A stretch of DNA of 64,000 bases from Candidatus Multivoradales bacterium (GCA_965223325.1 CBDCWI010000002.1:1344001-1408000), one strand, 5' to 3'; shown: positions 18,413 through 29,343, numbered from the stretch's first letter. Program-made: numbers and translations. The notes: generated by a model from the letters alone, not told the origin.

Positions 18413-21004
18413 CTACTCTCCGCGCAGCGCTTCGATCGGGCGCCTCCTGAGCGCCGGGATGCTCACCGCCAGGCCGGCGGCCACGGCGAGGGCGACCGCT
18501 CCGGCGAGAATCAGAAGCGGCGGGCCGACGTCGAACCTCCACTCGAGCTCGAAGGCACGGGTCACGACGGCCCATGACAGTGCGAGTGCACCGAGGCAGG
18601 CGATGCTGCCGGCGACCAGTCCGAGCAGCCCGTACTCGAGCGCCAGACTCAGGGTGACTTCGCGACGGGTCATACCCAACGTCTTGAGGAGAGCTACCTC
18701 ACGCGTACGCCGCGTCGACCCCGCGGCCAGGGCTCCGGCGAGAATGACCGTGCCGGCAATGACCGTAAAGCCACCCAGGAAACGGACCGCCCAACCGACC
18801 CTCTCCAGGAGATTCAAGACTTTCGTCAGAACGTCGCGGACCTGGAACATCAAGACACCGGGAAAGTCAGCGGCAAGCCGGTCCTGAACAAGATCTTCCC
18901 GGGTCTGCGGCAGCCGCGAAGCCATCATCGCGAAGTACGGCCAGCCGCGCGCCGAGCCCGGCTCGATGACGAGATAGAAGTTGATGCCGAAACTCTCCCA
19001 CTCGACCTCCCGAATCGACGAGACCAGAAACTCGCGCGACTCTTCGGCCACAGCCAGGACGAGGCGCGACCCCGGCTGGACCCCGATCTCTTCGGCGAAC
19101 TCGCGCTCGACACTGACTTCCGCGTGGTCGGCGTCCTGCCAGAGCTCTCTCACCTGGCGCCCAGAAGACTCCTCACCGAGAGCTGCCAGGATCTGGTTGT
19201 CTGGCGGCAGCTCTGACAGCCAGGTGAGTCGCTGCTCGCGAGTCAACGCCCAGCGACGGCCGCCATCATCGGTCTCTTCGGCGAGCTCGGCGGTCGATCG
19301 CCCATCGACGCTTTCGAGGCGACCGGTGATCACCGGCACCACGTTGAGATCGGTCGCGCCGGCCTCCTCCATGAGGGTGCGCACCCCGTCCAGCTGGTCC
19401 GGTTGAATGTCGACCGCGAAGACCGTCGGTGCGCCGTCTGGCAGATCGGCCTCGAGCTCAGCGCTCAAACGCCCCTCGACGAGCGCCATCGTCAACAACA
19501 CCAAGAGCCCCAGCCCCAGCGCTACGATGGCGCTCGTCGCGGCAGCACCCGGGCGAGCCATCGCCGACAGTCCCTGCCGCAGCCAGACCCGTGCGGCGCC
19601 CCGTCCGAGGTCACGTGGCAACCGTCTGACCAGCCGCGCGGTGAAGGTCGCCGCCGCCATGAGCGCCAGGGCCGTGGCGAGCACCGCACCGGTGAACGAG
19701 CTCGCAATGAGCAGGTCGCGCGACTGGCCCCAGGCCATCGCCGCGATACCGATGACGACGAATAGAGCGGTTGCCAAGGCTGCCTTGTGCGTGCCAGGCG
19801 GCGGTTCGGCGTCGCGACGTAGAACGCGCACCGGCGGCACCCGTAGAAGAACCAGCAAGGTGGGCACTGAGAACACCAGGGCAACGCTCACCCCGAGGAG
19901 CAGCCCTTCGATCACCGCCAGCGGCTGCCAGGGGCGAACCAGGCCGGGCGGCAGCAGATCGGCCGCCATCCAGCGTGGCACCCACCATTGGATCAAGATC
20001 CCGACCAGCGCACCGAGTGCACTGCCGACCACTGCCAGGCTCGCGACTTGACCGACGAAGAGCAGTGCCACCTCGCGCGGTCGCATGCCGATCGCTCGCA
20101 ACACCGCAACCGCATCGAGCCGCGCCGCCAGCCAGGCGCGAACGGTCTGGGCGACCCCCACGCCACCAACCAGGAGCGAGAGCAGAGCGCCGAGGCCCAG
20201 GAAACGGTCGAGCCGATCGATCACTCGCCTGAGGCCCGGCTGCGCATCGCGGTACGTCTGCACCGAGTACAGATGGCCTGGCAGGAGTTCTTCGAGGTTC
20301 TCTTCGAGTCGCTCGAGAGCATTGGCGGTGGTGTGTTCTTCCGGTAGCCGCACCAGGGTGCGTTGAAAGACTGTGCTAGTGACCAGGGCGAGCGGAGTGC
20401 TCTCGAAGCCACCACCGCTCATCAACACGCGGGGCCCGAGGCGAAATGCTTCGCCAACGCTGTCCGGCTCCGCAGTCACCACCCCCGCGACGCGGAACTC
20501 CACCCCTGCCAGCATCACCTCCTCCCCCACCTGCACGTCGATGCGATCGAGCAACGACTGCGCCACGACGACTGACCGATCGTCGAGCAGCTGGCCGAGG
20601 CCACCCACGGGCTCGAGAACGAGGTCACCATAGAAGGGATAGGCCCCGTCGACCGCTTTGACCTCGACCAGTTGGCTGGCTCCCGGGTCACCATCGGGGC
20701 GGATGGCCGACACCACTCCAGCCAACTCTCGAATGAGCGACCTCTCGGCGCCCAGAGGCTCCAGGACCTCGGCCCAGACGCGTTCGAGATCGGGGGTCGG
20801 CTCGCCGCGAACATAGATCGCAAGATCGGCTGCCAGGAGCTTCCGTGCTTCGCTACGTATTCCCGCATCGAGACTGCGCGAGAAACCCGACACTGCGACC
20901 ACTGCCGCAACTCCAACCGCCAGACAGAGAACAAAAAACGAGAGCCGTCCGCCGCTACCGCGCAGGTCGCGCAGCAACAACCGCCACCAGGTTCCGGCCG
21001 TCAC
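18413..21004 (-). CDS. ybbP: ABC transporter permease, YbbP/FtsX-like (two-repeat)
   Basis: LLAADL, VKAVDGAYPFYG, DIQPDQ, W.SFGINFY, EVALLKTLG; coupled to the ATPase gene. Confidence 0.82.
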   Translation of the reverse strand: MTAGTWWRLLLRDLRGSGGRLSFFVLCLAVGVAAVVAVSGFSRSLDAGIRSEARKLLAADLAIYVRGEPTPDLERVWAEVLEPLGAERSLIRELAGVVSAIRPDGDPGASQLVEVKAVDGAYPFYGDLVLEPVGGLGQLLDDRSVVVAQSLLDRIDVQVGEEVMLAGVEFRVAGVVTAEPDSVGEAFRLGPRVLMSGGGFESTPLALVTSTVFQRTLVRLPEEHTTANALERLEENLEELLPGHLYSVQTYRDAQPGLRRVIDRLDRFLGLGALLSLLVGGVGVAQTVRAWLAARLDAVAVLRAIGMRPREVALLFVGQVASLAVVGSALGALVGILIQWWVPRWMAADLLPPGLVRPWQPLAVIEGLLLGVSVALVFSVPTLLVLLRVPPVRVLRRDAEPPPGTHKAALATALFVVIGIAAMAWGQSRDLLIASSFTGAVLATALALMAAATFTARLVRRLPRDLGRGAARVWLRQGLSAMARPGAAATSAIVALGLGLLVLLTMALVEGRLSAELEADLPDGAPTVFAVDIQPDQLDGVRTLMEEAGATDLNVVPVITGRLESVDGRSTAELAEETDDGGRRWALTREQRLTWLSELPPDNQILAALGEESSGRQVRELWQDADHAEVSVEREFAEEIGVQPGSRLVLAVAEESREFLVSSIREVEWESFGINFYLVIEPGSARGWPYFAMMASRLPQTREDLVQDRLAADFPGVLMFQVRDVLTKVLNLLERVGWAVRFLGGFTVIAGTVILAGALAAGSTRRTREVALLKTLGMTRREVTLSLALEYGLLGLVAGSIACLGALALSWAVVTRAFELEWRFDVGPPLLILAGAVALAVAAGLAVSIPALRRRPIEALRGE

Positions 21005-21753
21005 GGTTCCAGGGCGCCGCCGGCAGGAACCGAAACGCTTTCGTCGCGCTCGACCTTGCCGTCGCGCAACCAGATCTGACGCTCGGCCAGGCGCGCGACC
21101 GCCGGATCATGAGTCACGAGAACCAGAGTTGTACCTTCGCGGCGCTTGAGGTTGGCGAGCACTTCGAGGACCGCCGCGCCGGTGGTGCCATCGAGATTGC
21201 CGGTCGGCTCATCGGCAAACAGAACCGCGGGCCGCGCGGCAAAGGCGCGCGCCAAGGCGACACGTTGCTGTTCGCCACCGGACAGCTGCACCGGATAGTG
21301 GTGCCCACGTTCGAACAGACCAACCTGCTCGAGAAGCTCGTCGGCGCGGGCTCGAGCCGCCGTCTCGCCGCGGAGCTCGAGCGGCAACATGACGTTCTCA
21401 CGGGCGGTGAAGTTGGTGAGCAGCTGAAACGACTGAAACACGAAGCCGACGCGCTGGCGCCGCAGGAGGGCAAGCTGGTCCTCGTTCATTTCGTATAGGG
21501 GCTGGCCGTCGATCCATACGTCACCCCGCGAAGGTCGGTCCAACCCTGCGAGTAGACCCAGGAGCGTCGACTTTCCACTTCCCGACGGACCGAGAATGGC
21601 GATGAACGAACCGCGCGCGACCTCGAGGTCGACACCGTCGAGCACCGTGATCCAACGATCACCCGAGGGAAGCACACGGGTGAGATCGCGGGCTCGAACC
21701 GCGACGTCCGGCTCCTCTTCGCTCTCTTGATCTTCTCGCAACAGTCGTGTCAC
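21001..21753 (-). CDS. ybbA: ABC transporter ATP-binding protein, YbbA/LolD-like
   Basis: GPSGSGKST, LSGGEQQRVALARA, FADEPTGNLD, LVTHD. Confidence 0.88.
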   Translation of the reverse strand: MTRLLREDQESEEEPDVAVRARDLTRVLPSGDRWITVLDGVDLEVARGSFIAILGPSGSGKSTLLGLLAGLDRPSRGDVWIDGQPLYEMNEDQLALLRRQRVGFVFQSFQLLTNFTARENVMLPLELRGETAARARADELLEQVGLFERGHHYPVQLSGGEQQRVALARAFAARPAVLFADEPTGNLDGTTGAAVLEVLANLKRREGTTLVLVTHDPAVARLAERQIWLRDGKVERDESVSVPAGGALEP

Positions 21754-21829
21754 GGCGCTTGGAAGGTTTCCTATCCCCAGAAGAGGGGTGTCGGCGGACC
21801 CTATCGAAATCCACTACCCTCAGGCAGAA

Positions 21830-22609
21830 ATGGAAACGACGACGTCCAACAGCCGCTCGATTGCCGATTCGGTAGCCGTCATCACCGGCGCCGGCAGCGG
21901 TATGGGTCGCGCAACGGCGCGACTGTTCGCCGCCGAGGGCGCTCACGTCGCAGCCTGTGAGATCAACCGCGACAACCTCGACCAGGTTGCGGGCGAGATC
22001 GAAGCTGCCGGCCACTCGATCCTCGCTTGCCCCATCGACCTCCGGGACGCCGAGGCGATCAAGGGAACCGTCGAGGAGATCGCCGAGCGATTCGGTGGCA
22101 TCGACATTCTGGTCAACAACGCCGGCATCTCACGGCCAGGCCCGGTCGACAGTAACGACTACGAGGCGCGCTGGGCCGAAAGCCTCGAGGTCCTTCTGAC
22201 CGCACAGGTTCGCCTGGTCCGGGCCGCGCTCCCCTACCTCAAGCAGGCGCGAGCGCCGAGGATCATCAACATCGCCTCCACCGAAGGGCTCGGGGCAACG
22301 GCGCAGAACAGCCCCTACTCGGCGGCCAAGCACGGCGTCGTCGGCCTGACGCGGTCGCTGGCGGTCGAGCTCGGTCGCTTCGGCATTACCGTCAACTGCA
22401 TCTGCCCGGGTCCGATCAACACCAACATGACGGCTGCCATACCGGAAGAGCACAAGGCGACCTACGCCCGTCGCCGCACGGCGCTCCGTCGCTACGGGGA
22501 GCCCGAAGAGGTCGCCCAGATGACCCTCAGCCTGGCGCTACCGGCGGCCTCATTCGTCACTGGCGTCGCGCTACCGGTCGACGGAGGCTTGACGGTACGC
22601 CGCGCCTAG
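21830..22609 (+). CDS. Short-chain dehydrogenase/reductase (SDR)
   Basis: TGAGSGMG, NNAG, YSAAK, VNCICPG, VDGG; alternative GTG start at 21788. Confidence 0.9.
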   Translation: METTTSNSRSIADSVAVITGAGSGMGRATARLFAAEGAHVAACEINRDNLDQVAGEIEAAGHSILACPIDLRDAEAIKGTVEEIAERFGGIDILVNNAGISRPGPVDSNDYEARWAESLEVLLTAQVRLVRAALPYLKQARAPRIINIASTEGLGATAQNSPYSAAKHGVVGLTRSLAVELGRFGITVNCICPGPINTNMTAAIPEEHKATYARRRTALRRYGEPEEVAQMTLSLALPAASFVTGVALPVDGGLTVRRA

Positions 22610-22638
22610 CAGTCGGGCTGCTCCGCCAGCTTCCGTCG

Positions 22639-23694
22639 TCACAGTGAGCTGACCAGGCGAAGAGCGGCGTTCGCCATGTCGTCGATGCGACTCTTGTAGC
22701 CGTCCGTATCGAAGCCCTCGTTGACCATCACGCCCTTGATGTAGCGCGCCATGACCCCTTCGCAGATCGCGGCCAGGCGCCAGTGCTGAAACGCCTGGTA
22801 GTAGGCCACACCCGAGGTGTCGTAGCCGGTTTTCGCGCTATAGCGTTCGAGCCACTCGGCGCGGCTCGGGAAGCCGGCGGCAGCCGATGGCGGTGCGGCC
22901 GAGCGCGGTTCGTCGGCCTCATCGGGCTCGACCCAGTTGTTGAGCAGATACCCGAGATCTGCGAGCACGTCTCCTAGGGTGCACAGTTCCCAGTCGAGTA
23001 CCGCTCTGACCGTGCCGTCTTCGCGGGACAGCATGTTGCCGAGGCGGTAGTCGCCGTGCACGATGCCGGTGTAGAGCTGCTCGGGCTTGGCTTCGAGCAG
23101 AAGGGCGTAGGCGTCTTCCATGGCCGCCAGCTCGCGCGTTTTGGAGTCGTTCCACTGCCGACGCCAGCGCTTCAACTGGCGGTCGAGGTAGGCCTCCTTG
23201 CGGCCCAACTTTCCAAGACCGATGGCGTCCGGGTCGACGAGATGGAGGTCGGCCAGAACATCCGCCGTCGCCAGACCGAGCTTGTGGCGGGACTCTGGTT
23301 GCGGTATTGCCTCTTCGGCGCGCTCTACGTTGTCGAGCACATGACCGGCAACGAACTCCATGACGTAGAAGGGCGCGCCATTGACCGATTCGTCTTCGCA
23401 CAGACCGAGAAGGCCAGGCACCGGCACCTCGGTCTGGTTGATTCCCACCAGGATGCGATGCTCGCGCGCCATGTCGTGCGCCGTCTTGAGAACTGCACCG
23501 AGCGGCGGGCGCCTCAAGACGTAGGTCTGCCCCGCGGCATCCACAACGCGGTAGGTGAGATTCGAGTGACCGCCTACGATCGGCTGGAAGCGAAGCGGCG
23601 GCTGGGCCGCCGCAACGTGCTCTTCGAACCAGGAGGTGACCGCGTGCGCCTCGATTCCCTTAGGAGTCAAAGCGCGGGATTCGTCTGCCGTCAT
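22639..23694 (-). CDS. Aminoglycoside-phosphotransferase-fold kinase (ACAD10/11-like phosphotransferase family)
   Basis: GGHSNLTY, VLRRPP, AHDMARE, HGDYRLGN, LDWEL; start re-called at ATG 23694. Confidence 0.88.
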   Translation of the reverse strand: MTADESRALTPKGIEAHAVTSWFEEHVAAAQPPLRFQPIVGGHSNLTYRVVDAAGQTYVLRRPPLGAVLKTAHDMAREHRILVGINQTEVPVPGLLGLCEDESVNGAPFYVMEFVAGHVLDNVERAEEAIPQPESRHKLGLATADVLADLHLVDPDAIGLGKLGRKEAYLDRQLKRWRRQWNDSKTRELAAMEDAYALLLEAKPEQLYTGIVHGDYRLGNMLSREDGTVRAVLDWELCTLGDVLADLGYLLNNWVEPDEADEPRSAAPPSAAAGFPSRAEWLERYSAKTGYDTSGVAYYQAFQHWRLAAICEGVMARYIKGVMVNEGFDTDGYKSRIDDMANAALRLVSSL

Positions 23695-23861
23695 TGTCGG
23701 ACTCGCTCGTGGGCTTGGCTTGAGTGCATTCGGCGCAGATCGTACACCGCTCGTAAGACCGACGTTCATGAGAGCGCTGAACGTGCAACCGAGTGGGGCG
23801 TGCGCGTCGCATGGTGCGCGTCGTATCGATCGGGCGAGTCGGGCGAGGCTTGCGCGGCTCG

Positions 23862-25766
23862 TCAGGCGCCGCGACGAATCCGGCGCTTCTGCAAGTACAT
23901 CGCCTGGTCGGCGCGACCGAGCACCGCCTCGTACTCTTCGTCCGGCGACGCCACTGCGACCCCGACGCTCGCATGGGCCTTGAGCTCCCCGAAGCTGCCG
24001 GTAATCGGGCGTTCGAGGGCAACGCGCACTCGACTGGCGACTCGTTCGGCCTGTTCGCGATCCGTCTGCTCCAGCAGGACGACAAACTCGTCGCCGCCAA
24101 AACGGGCGATCGCATCGGTCGGTCGACAAACGCGTTGCAGCCGTTCTGAGACCTTACTCAACACTGTGTCTCCGACCTCGTGACCGTAGGTGTCGTTGAT
24201 CGGCTTGAACGAGTCGAGGTCGAGGAAAAGCAAGGCATAGCTCGGACCTCCGCCGCAAAGCCGTCGGTGGGCACGCTCCACTCGCTCGGTGATGGCCTGC
24301 CGATTGAGCAGACCCGTCAGCGCGTCGTGGTTTGCCAGCAGGCGAAGCGCCTCGCGCTCGGCGCGCACCTGAGTGACCAGATCGAGCAACAAGATGAAGC
24401 CCTTGATCTCGCCATTGGGACACCGCCAGGGCCGCTCTTCCCAGCGTACCCACTCGAGGCGTCCGTCGTTGAGGGTCAGACTGTCCTCATCACAGGCCTC
24501 GACGTGTCCCAGGTCGAGAACCTTGTGATGGACGCTCTCCCACAGACCGCGGTGATCGGGAAGCAGGTCGTAGAAGCTCTCCCCGGAAGCATCGGTGTCG
24601 CCGAGGTTGAGAGTCTGTTTCCAGCGCGCGCTGGCGGTGATGAGTCGCGCATTGCGGTCGAACATCGCCACCGCCGCCGGCGTGTTCTCGACGAAAATGC
24701 GCATTTGTTCTTCCGATTCGCGACGCGCACGGTCCATCAGTTTCTGGGCCGTGATATCACGCAGGATGAGACGAAGACCGTCCGGCTCCTGGCCCTTCAT
24801 GATGAGTGCGGGTACACCCTCCGCCTCGATCAGACGACCGTTGCGACCAACCAGGCGCATCTCGACACGCTCCGGTACATCGCCCCTGGCGGTGGCTTCG
24901 AGAATGCCTTCGACCGTAGGTTTGTCACTAGGATGCACGACGTCCTGCCAGGCCAGCCGCGGCATGTCATGACGTTGGTAGCCCAGGGCTTCGAGCCAGG
25001 AACCGTTGACGAAGCGCAGGTTGCCGTCGAGGTTGACGCTCTGGATGAGGTCCGGGGTGCCTTCGACGATGCCGCGGTAGCTCTCTTCACGTCGATGAAG
25101 CGACTCTAGAGCGGCCGAGAGTTGCCGATCGCCGGAGGCGCGAATCCGGCTCACCAGGATACCCAGCAGCAGGGCCGCGCAAATGTAGGGCCAACTGGCG
25201 ATCAACTCAACCGAGGAGATCGATAAAGCTGTTCCTACCCACATCAAGGTCATGATGGAGACCACCGATGCCAACCAACGTAGCGAGAACCCCAACGCCC
25301 CCGTCAGGACGACGATTGTTGCCGCCAGAGCTCCCTGGCGCTCCTCCAACACCACCTGGTAGACGAACATGACGTTGCCCATCGCCAGAATCACAAGTGC
25401 ACCGGCCAGGAGTTGATACGCCTGCTGGTCCCAGTCGCGGGTCTTGACGTAGCGCGACGCGCTCCACCAGATCGAACCGATCGCCAGATTGACCATCGGT
25501 ATGGACTTCATCTCCGGCATTGGGAAGCGGAGGTAGTTGATGACCGAAAAGAGCAGGAGAATCGAGGCTCCCCCGAGGCCCAGAACCCAGAGGGTGCGCT
25601 GGCGGCCCGCTTGCACCGCGGATTCGATGTTCACGGCCGCGACCGGGTGGTCATTCCCGAACAGGGTTTCGTGGGTGTGCCTGGCGAGCCGACGATGGCC
25701 CGGCGCACCAGCCACGGCCGTGGCCTCGGGGCCGGGCTGGCGGGCGACCTGGTCGGCAATAGCCAT
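23862..25766 (-). CDS. Membrane-bound diguanylate cyclase (TM-PAS-PAS-GGDEF)
   Basis: HDALTGLLNR, DLDSFKPINDTYGHEVGD, RPTD I-site, RFGGDEF, ADQAMY. Confidence 0.92.
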   Translation of the reverse strand: MAIADQVARQPGPEATAVAGAPGHRRLARHTHETLFGNDHPVAAVNIESAVQAGRQRTLWVLGLGGASILLLFSVINYLRFPMPEMKSIPMVNLAIGSIWWSASRYVKTRDWDQQAYQLLAGALVILAMGNVMFVYQVVLEERQGALAATIVVLTGALGFSLRWLASVVSIMTLMWVGTALSISSVELIASWPYICAALLLGILVSRIRASGDRQLSAALESLHRREESYRGIVEGTPDLIQSVNLDGNLRFVNGSWLEALGYQRHDMPRLAWQDVVHPSDKPTVEGILEATARGDVPERVEMRLVGRNGRLIEAEGVPALIMKGQEPDGLRLILRDITAQKLMDRARRESEEQMRIFVENTPAAVAMFDRNARLITASARWKQTLNLGDTDASGESFYDLLPDHRGLWESVHHKVLDLGHVEACDEDSLTLNDGRLEWVRWEERPWRCPNGEIKGFILLLDLVTQVRAEREALRLLANHDALTGLLNRQAITERVERAHRRLCGGGPSYALLFLDLDSFKPINDTYGHEVGDTVLSKVSERLQRVCRPTDAIARFGGDEFVVLLEQTDREQAERVASRVRVALERPITGSFGELKAHASVGVAVASPDEEYEAVLGRADQAMYLQKRRIRRGA

Positions 25767-25970
25767 AGCTTGCCGACCCTAGCTCATTTTCTTGATTTTC
25801 ACCAAAAAACATGGATTCTCTTGTCAGGCGTTGAACCCGCCGGTGGGCTCTTCTGAGCCTAAGCGCTACGATTCCTCCACCCGCCCAGCCACTGGATCGG
25901 GAGGTCTGACGGCCCTTCGACTCCCCTCGACTTCACTTCTCCGAGCTTCACGCCCTCCTTAACGCCAGAG

Positions 25971-27449
25971 ATGAGCGACCTGAACCTCCGCATTGCCGCG
26001 CTCCGTGGCACCATCTGGTCCGCGCTCCGGCAGGCAGCGGACCAGGGCATTCGCATGGTGCTCTACCTGATCCTGGCGCGGCTGGTCGAGCCCGATGCGT
26101 TCGGACAGTTCGCCATGGCGCTGGTGTGGACCGACATGGTGGGGGTATGTATCTACTCGGGACTCGCCGATGCCCTGGTCCAGAAGCCATCCGTCGAGAA
26201 CCAGCACTTCGAGAGCGTCTTGTGGTCGACGGTGGTCCTGGCCGTGGTAGTGAGCACGGCCAACGGCCTCGCGGCGCCCCTTGTGCAGCGCATCTTGCGT
26301 GCATCTGATCTCTCACCGATCCTGCTGTCGATGTCACCGCTGATCGTGCTCGCAACTCTCGCGGCAACGCACGACGCATGGTTTCGCCGCCAGCTCGACT
26401 TTCGAACCCTGGCCATTCGTGAGCTGGTCTCGCGCTCATGCGGAGCGCTCATTGGCGTTTTCTTGGCGGTGCGCGGTCACGGGATCATGAGTCTTGTCGC
26501 TTTCGAAACCACGACTCGAATCGTCGCTGTTGTGTACTTCTGGTTGGTCTGTCCGTGGAGACCGCGTCTGCGCTTTTCGCGCAACCATCTCGCAGGGCTC
26601 CTACCCTTCGGCTCGCGCATGACCGGCGTCGCGCTCCTGAACCTGATGCTTCAGCGGGGAGACAATCTCCTGGTTGGGACGATCCTCGGGGCGCGAGCGC
26701 TGGGGTTCTACTCGATTGCCAAAACTCTCGTCTTCGGGCTCTATCAGCTGGTCACGAATACGCTGGGACTGGTCGCTACATCGATGCTGTCGCGCCTTCA
26801 AGATGACGCGACGCGCTTTGGTCGGGCCGTTGGCCAAGCCACCGCGTTCTCGGCGCTGGTGCGGCTGCCGGCTATCGCCGGTCTCTTCCTGCTCGCTGAC
26901 CCGCTGGTGCGCCTTCTGTTTACCGACACCTTTGCGCCTGCCGTGCCGGTTGCCAGGGGTCTAGCGGCAGCGGCCTTCGTCATGGTCCTCTTCGGTCACA
27001 ACCGGGTGGCCTTGACGGCGTTGGGTCGCGTCGACCTTCGCCTCGGGCTCGAGGTATTGGGCGCGGTTGCGATCCTCGGTGGGGTCGTCGTGGGGAGTTA
27101 CTGGGGTGTCGAGGGGGCGGCGCTTGGTATGGCGGTCGCAGCCCTTCTGACCTGGCCTTTCGAAATCCGCTGGAGTTTGCGACCGCTACCGATCCGCTGG
27201 GGAGAGTTCGCACGAGCACTGGCCGCACCGATTGTTGGCACCCTGATGATGATGGCGGCGGTCGGTCTGGCGCTTCAGCGCACTGGGAGTGAGCCACGCG
27301 CCGGCGTCGTCGCGGCGCTGGTCGCACTCGGAGCTTTCTCCTACGTCGTGACTCTTCTGGTCGTCGCGCCCGAGCTCGTGAGAGACGCCTTTCGAAACCT
27401 GCGGCTGGCGGGTCGCGGTACGCCCGACGAACCGACCCCCTCATCATGA
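25971..27449 (+). CDS. Polysaccharide flippase, Wzx/WzxC-like (MOP superfamily)
   Basis: ILARLV.P..FG, ALVQK, R.LDFR.LA, D..LVG..LG...LGFYS.A; multi-TM. Confidence 0.85.
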   Translation: MSDLNLRIAALRGTIWSALRQAADQGIRMVLYLILARLVEPDAFGQFAMALVWTDMVGVCIYSGLADALVQKPSVENQHFESVLWSTVVLAVVVSTANGLAAPLVQRILRASDLSPILLSMSPLIVLATLAATHDAWFRRQLDFRTLAIRELVSRSCGALIGVFLAVRGHGIMSLVAFETTTRIVAVVYFWLVCPWRPRLRFSRNHLAGLLPFGSRMTGVALLNLMLQRGDNLLVGTILGARALGFYSIAKTLVFGLYQLVTNTLGLVATSMLSRLQDDATRFGRAVGQATAFSALVRLPAIAGLFLLADPLVRLLFTDTFAPAVPVARGLAAAAFVMVLFGHNRVALTALGRVDLRLGLEVLGAVAILGGVVVGSYWGVEGAALGMAVAALLTWPFEIRWSLRPLPIRWGEFARALAAPIVGTLMMMAAVGLALQRTGSEPRAGVVAALVALGAFSYVVTLLVVAPELVRDAFRNLRLAGRGTPDEPTPSS

Positions 27450-28813
27450 GCCTGGCTGAGCTGGCGGCCAGCTGGGCGTGGGTGGGTGCGGGGGGAGGGG
27501 TGGCTTTCGTCATCTGGGGGTGGCGAGGCGGCCGACGATGGCCCGTTCTGGCGGTGATCGCGCTTGGCTTGATGGTCGACGTCGCGATTGTGCAGAAGAA
27601 CCTGACGCAGCATCGTGAGTGGGACGTCCTGGCGTTCTGGCTGCCCGCAGTCGCGGCGATCGAGGGCGCCGACCCGTGGCAAGAAGGAGCTCTCGAGGAG
27701 GTCGAGACGCCGTTCGAGGTGACCGACGGGTTCCGTCGGGAGGTGATCGAGAGCGGATTCCTTCATCCACCGACCGGCCTGTTGCCCTACCTGTGGATGG
27801 GGGTCTTGCCCTTCGAAGCGGCGGCAACGATCTGGTACGCGTTTCTCGGGCTTGGCGTCTTCCTGCTGGCGCGGCGCCTCGGTGGGCTCGAGTGGGGTGA
27901 AGGTCGAGGGCTTGGCAGTGGTCTGCTACTGGCGCTTCTGGTACTCCTTCTGCCAACCCACCTCGCAATCGCCAACGGCCAGACCGCACCATGGGTCGTG
28001 CTGTTGTTGGCAGTAGCACTGCAACTCGGGGGTTCGGCTGCCAATTCAAACGGCGCGACGCGAGGCAGCGGGCGACGACGGGTGGGGGATGGAGCCAGCT
28101 GGGTCGAGGGGGTGGCGCTGGGACTCGCCGTCATCCTCAAGCCGTACGCGGCGGCAGTGCTCTTGCCGTGGGCGATCGCGCGGCGGTGGGTCGCATGCAT
28201 CGCGACGGCGGGTACGGTCCTCGCTTCCGGCCTTCTCGCAACGATGCTGCTTGGCCCGCGGATCTGGGGGAGCTGGATCGAGCGACTCGACCGGGTTCCG
28301 ACGGAACAGTTCTTGGAGACGCAGAACCAGTCGATCGGAGGACTCTTGGGGCGTTTCGGTCTCGTCGGGGCAGAGAGCCTGCCGTTTCACGCGGTCGTCG
28401 TCGGGGCGGGTGTCGTGTGGGCGCTGGTCGTCGTGGCGCTGGCCTGGCGGGTGGTGCGGGTCGATAAGGCGGGCGGCTGGCGCTGGCGCGGCGTGCTCAT
28501 CGCGGCCGTGGTCGGCGGAGCATGGCTCTATCCTGGAACTCTCAAGCACTACCTGGTCGTCGTCATCCTGGCTGCGGCGTGGGCGCTAGCGGAGCTCACC
28601 GAAGCGGCGGGCGGCAGCATGCGGGTACGGGTTTCGGTAGCAGGTGCGATCATGTCGGCGTGGGCTGTGATGGCCGTCGCGCGTGGCAACGTCGGTGGAC
28701 TGGTTCTGCCGGTGGTCTGGATTGCCATCGTCTTGGCGGTCATCTGGACACGACGAGCCTCGGGTTGCGGACCGCGAAACGAGGGGGAAAACAAGGAGGG
28801 AGTGAGGCCGTGA
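27446..28813 (+). CDS. GT87/DUF2029-like GT-C membrane glycosyltransferase
   Basis: WDV.AFW, FLHPP, GQ, LA..LKPY, NQS, HY motif series; multi-TM; ATGA overlap with the flippase. Confidence 0.75.
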   Translation: MSLAELAASWAWVGAGGGVAFVIWGWRGGRRWPVLAVIALGLMVDVAIVQKNLTQHREWDVLAFWLPAVAAIEGADPWQEGALEEVETPFEVTDGFRREVIESGFLHPPTGLLPYLWMGVLPFEAAATIWYAFLGLGVFLLARRLGGLEWGEGRGLGSGLLLALLVLLLPTHLAIANGQTAPWVVLLLAVALQLGGSAANSNGATRGSGRRRVGDGASWVEGVALGLAVILKPYAAAVLLPWAIARRWVACIATAGTVLASGLLATMLLGPRIWGSWIERLDRVPTEQFLETQNQSIGGLLGRFGLVGAESLPFHAVVVGAGVVWALVVVALAWRVVRVDKAGGWRWRGVLIAAVVGGAWLYPGTLKHYLVVVILAAAWALAELTEAAGGSMRVRVSVAGAIMSAWAVMAVARGNVGGLVLPVVWIAIVLAVIWTRRASGCGPRNEGENKEGVRP

Positions 28814-29343
28814 ACGAAGATCGTCGAAACCAAGCGAGGCAGCGAGGAGGCAACGTCACCGCGTCAACCGGCACGGAGGCCGCCGGCCGCGCTGAGCGCT
28901 GTCGCTACTTCGAGGATTTCACCCTCGGCGAACGCTACGAACTACCGTCGAGGACGATCACCAGTGCTCACTTCGCCGCCTTCCAGGCCCTCAGCGGTGA
29001 CAACCACCCGATTCACTACGACGTCGAGTACTGCAGGAAGAAGGGCCATCCCGAAATGCTGGCGCATGGCTACCAGGTCGTCGCGCTGACGGCGGCTGGG
29101 GCCGGTCAGTTTCCCCATCAGGTCGGAAGCGCCCTGATTGCCTTCATCGATCAGTCAAGTCGCTTCCTCAACCCCCTCTACGCTGGCGACACGGCCTACC
29201 CCACCCTCACCGTCAGCGCCCTCGAACCCCAGCGCACGACCGGCCTCGTCACCTTGACCTCCCACATCACCAACCAACACGGCACCCCCATCCTAAGAGG
29301 CCACCAAACCTACCTCCTCCACCGCCAAACCCCAGCCACCTGA
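28810..29343 (+). CDS. MaoC family dehydratase (hot-dog fold)
   Basis: YFEDF.LG, SRTIT, LSGDNHPIH, AHG, PLYAGDT; GTG start overlapping the upstream stop. Confidence 0.88.
   Translation: MNEDRRNQARQRGGNVTASTGTEAAGRAERCRYFEDFTLGERYELPSRTITSAHFAAFQALSGDNHPIHYDVEYCRKKGHPEMLAHGYQVVALTAAGAGQFPHQVGSALIAFIDQSSRFLNPLYAGDTAYPTLTVSALEPQRTTGLVTLTSHITNQHGTPILRGHQTYLLHRQTPAT

Noticed and set aside
18413-21753. ybbAP without a divergent tesA as a novelty
   Set aside because: Most simply a rearrangement; tesA may lie elsewhere in the genome
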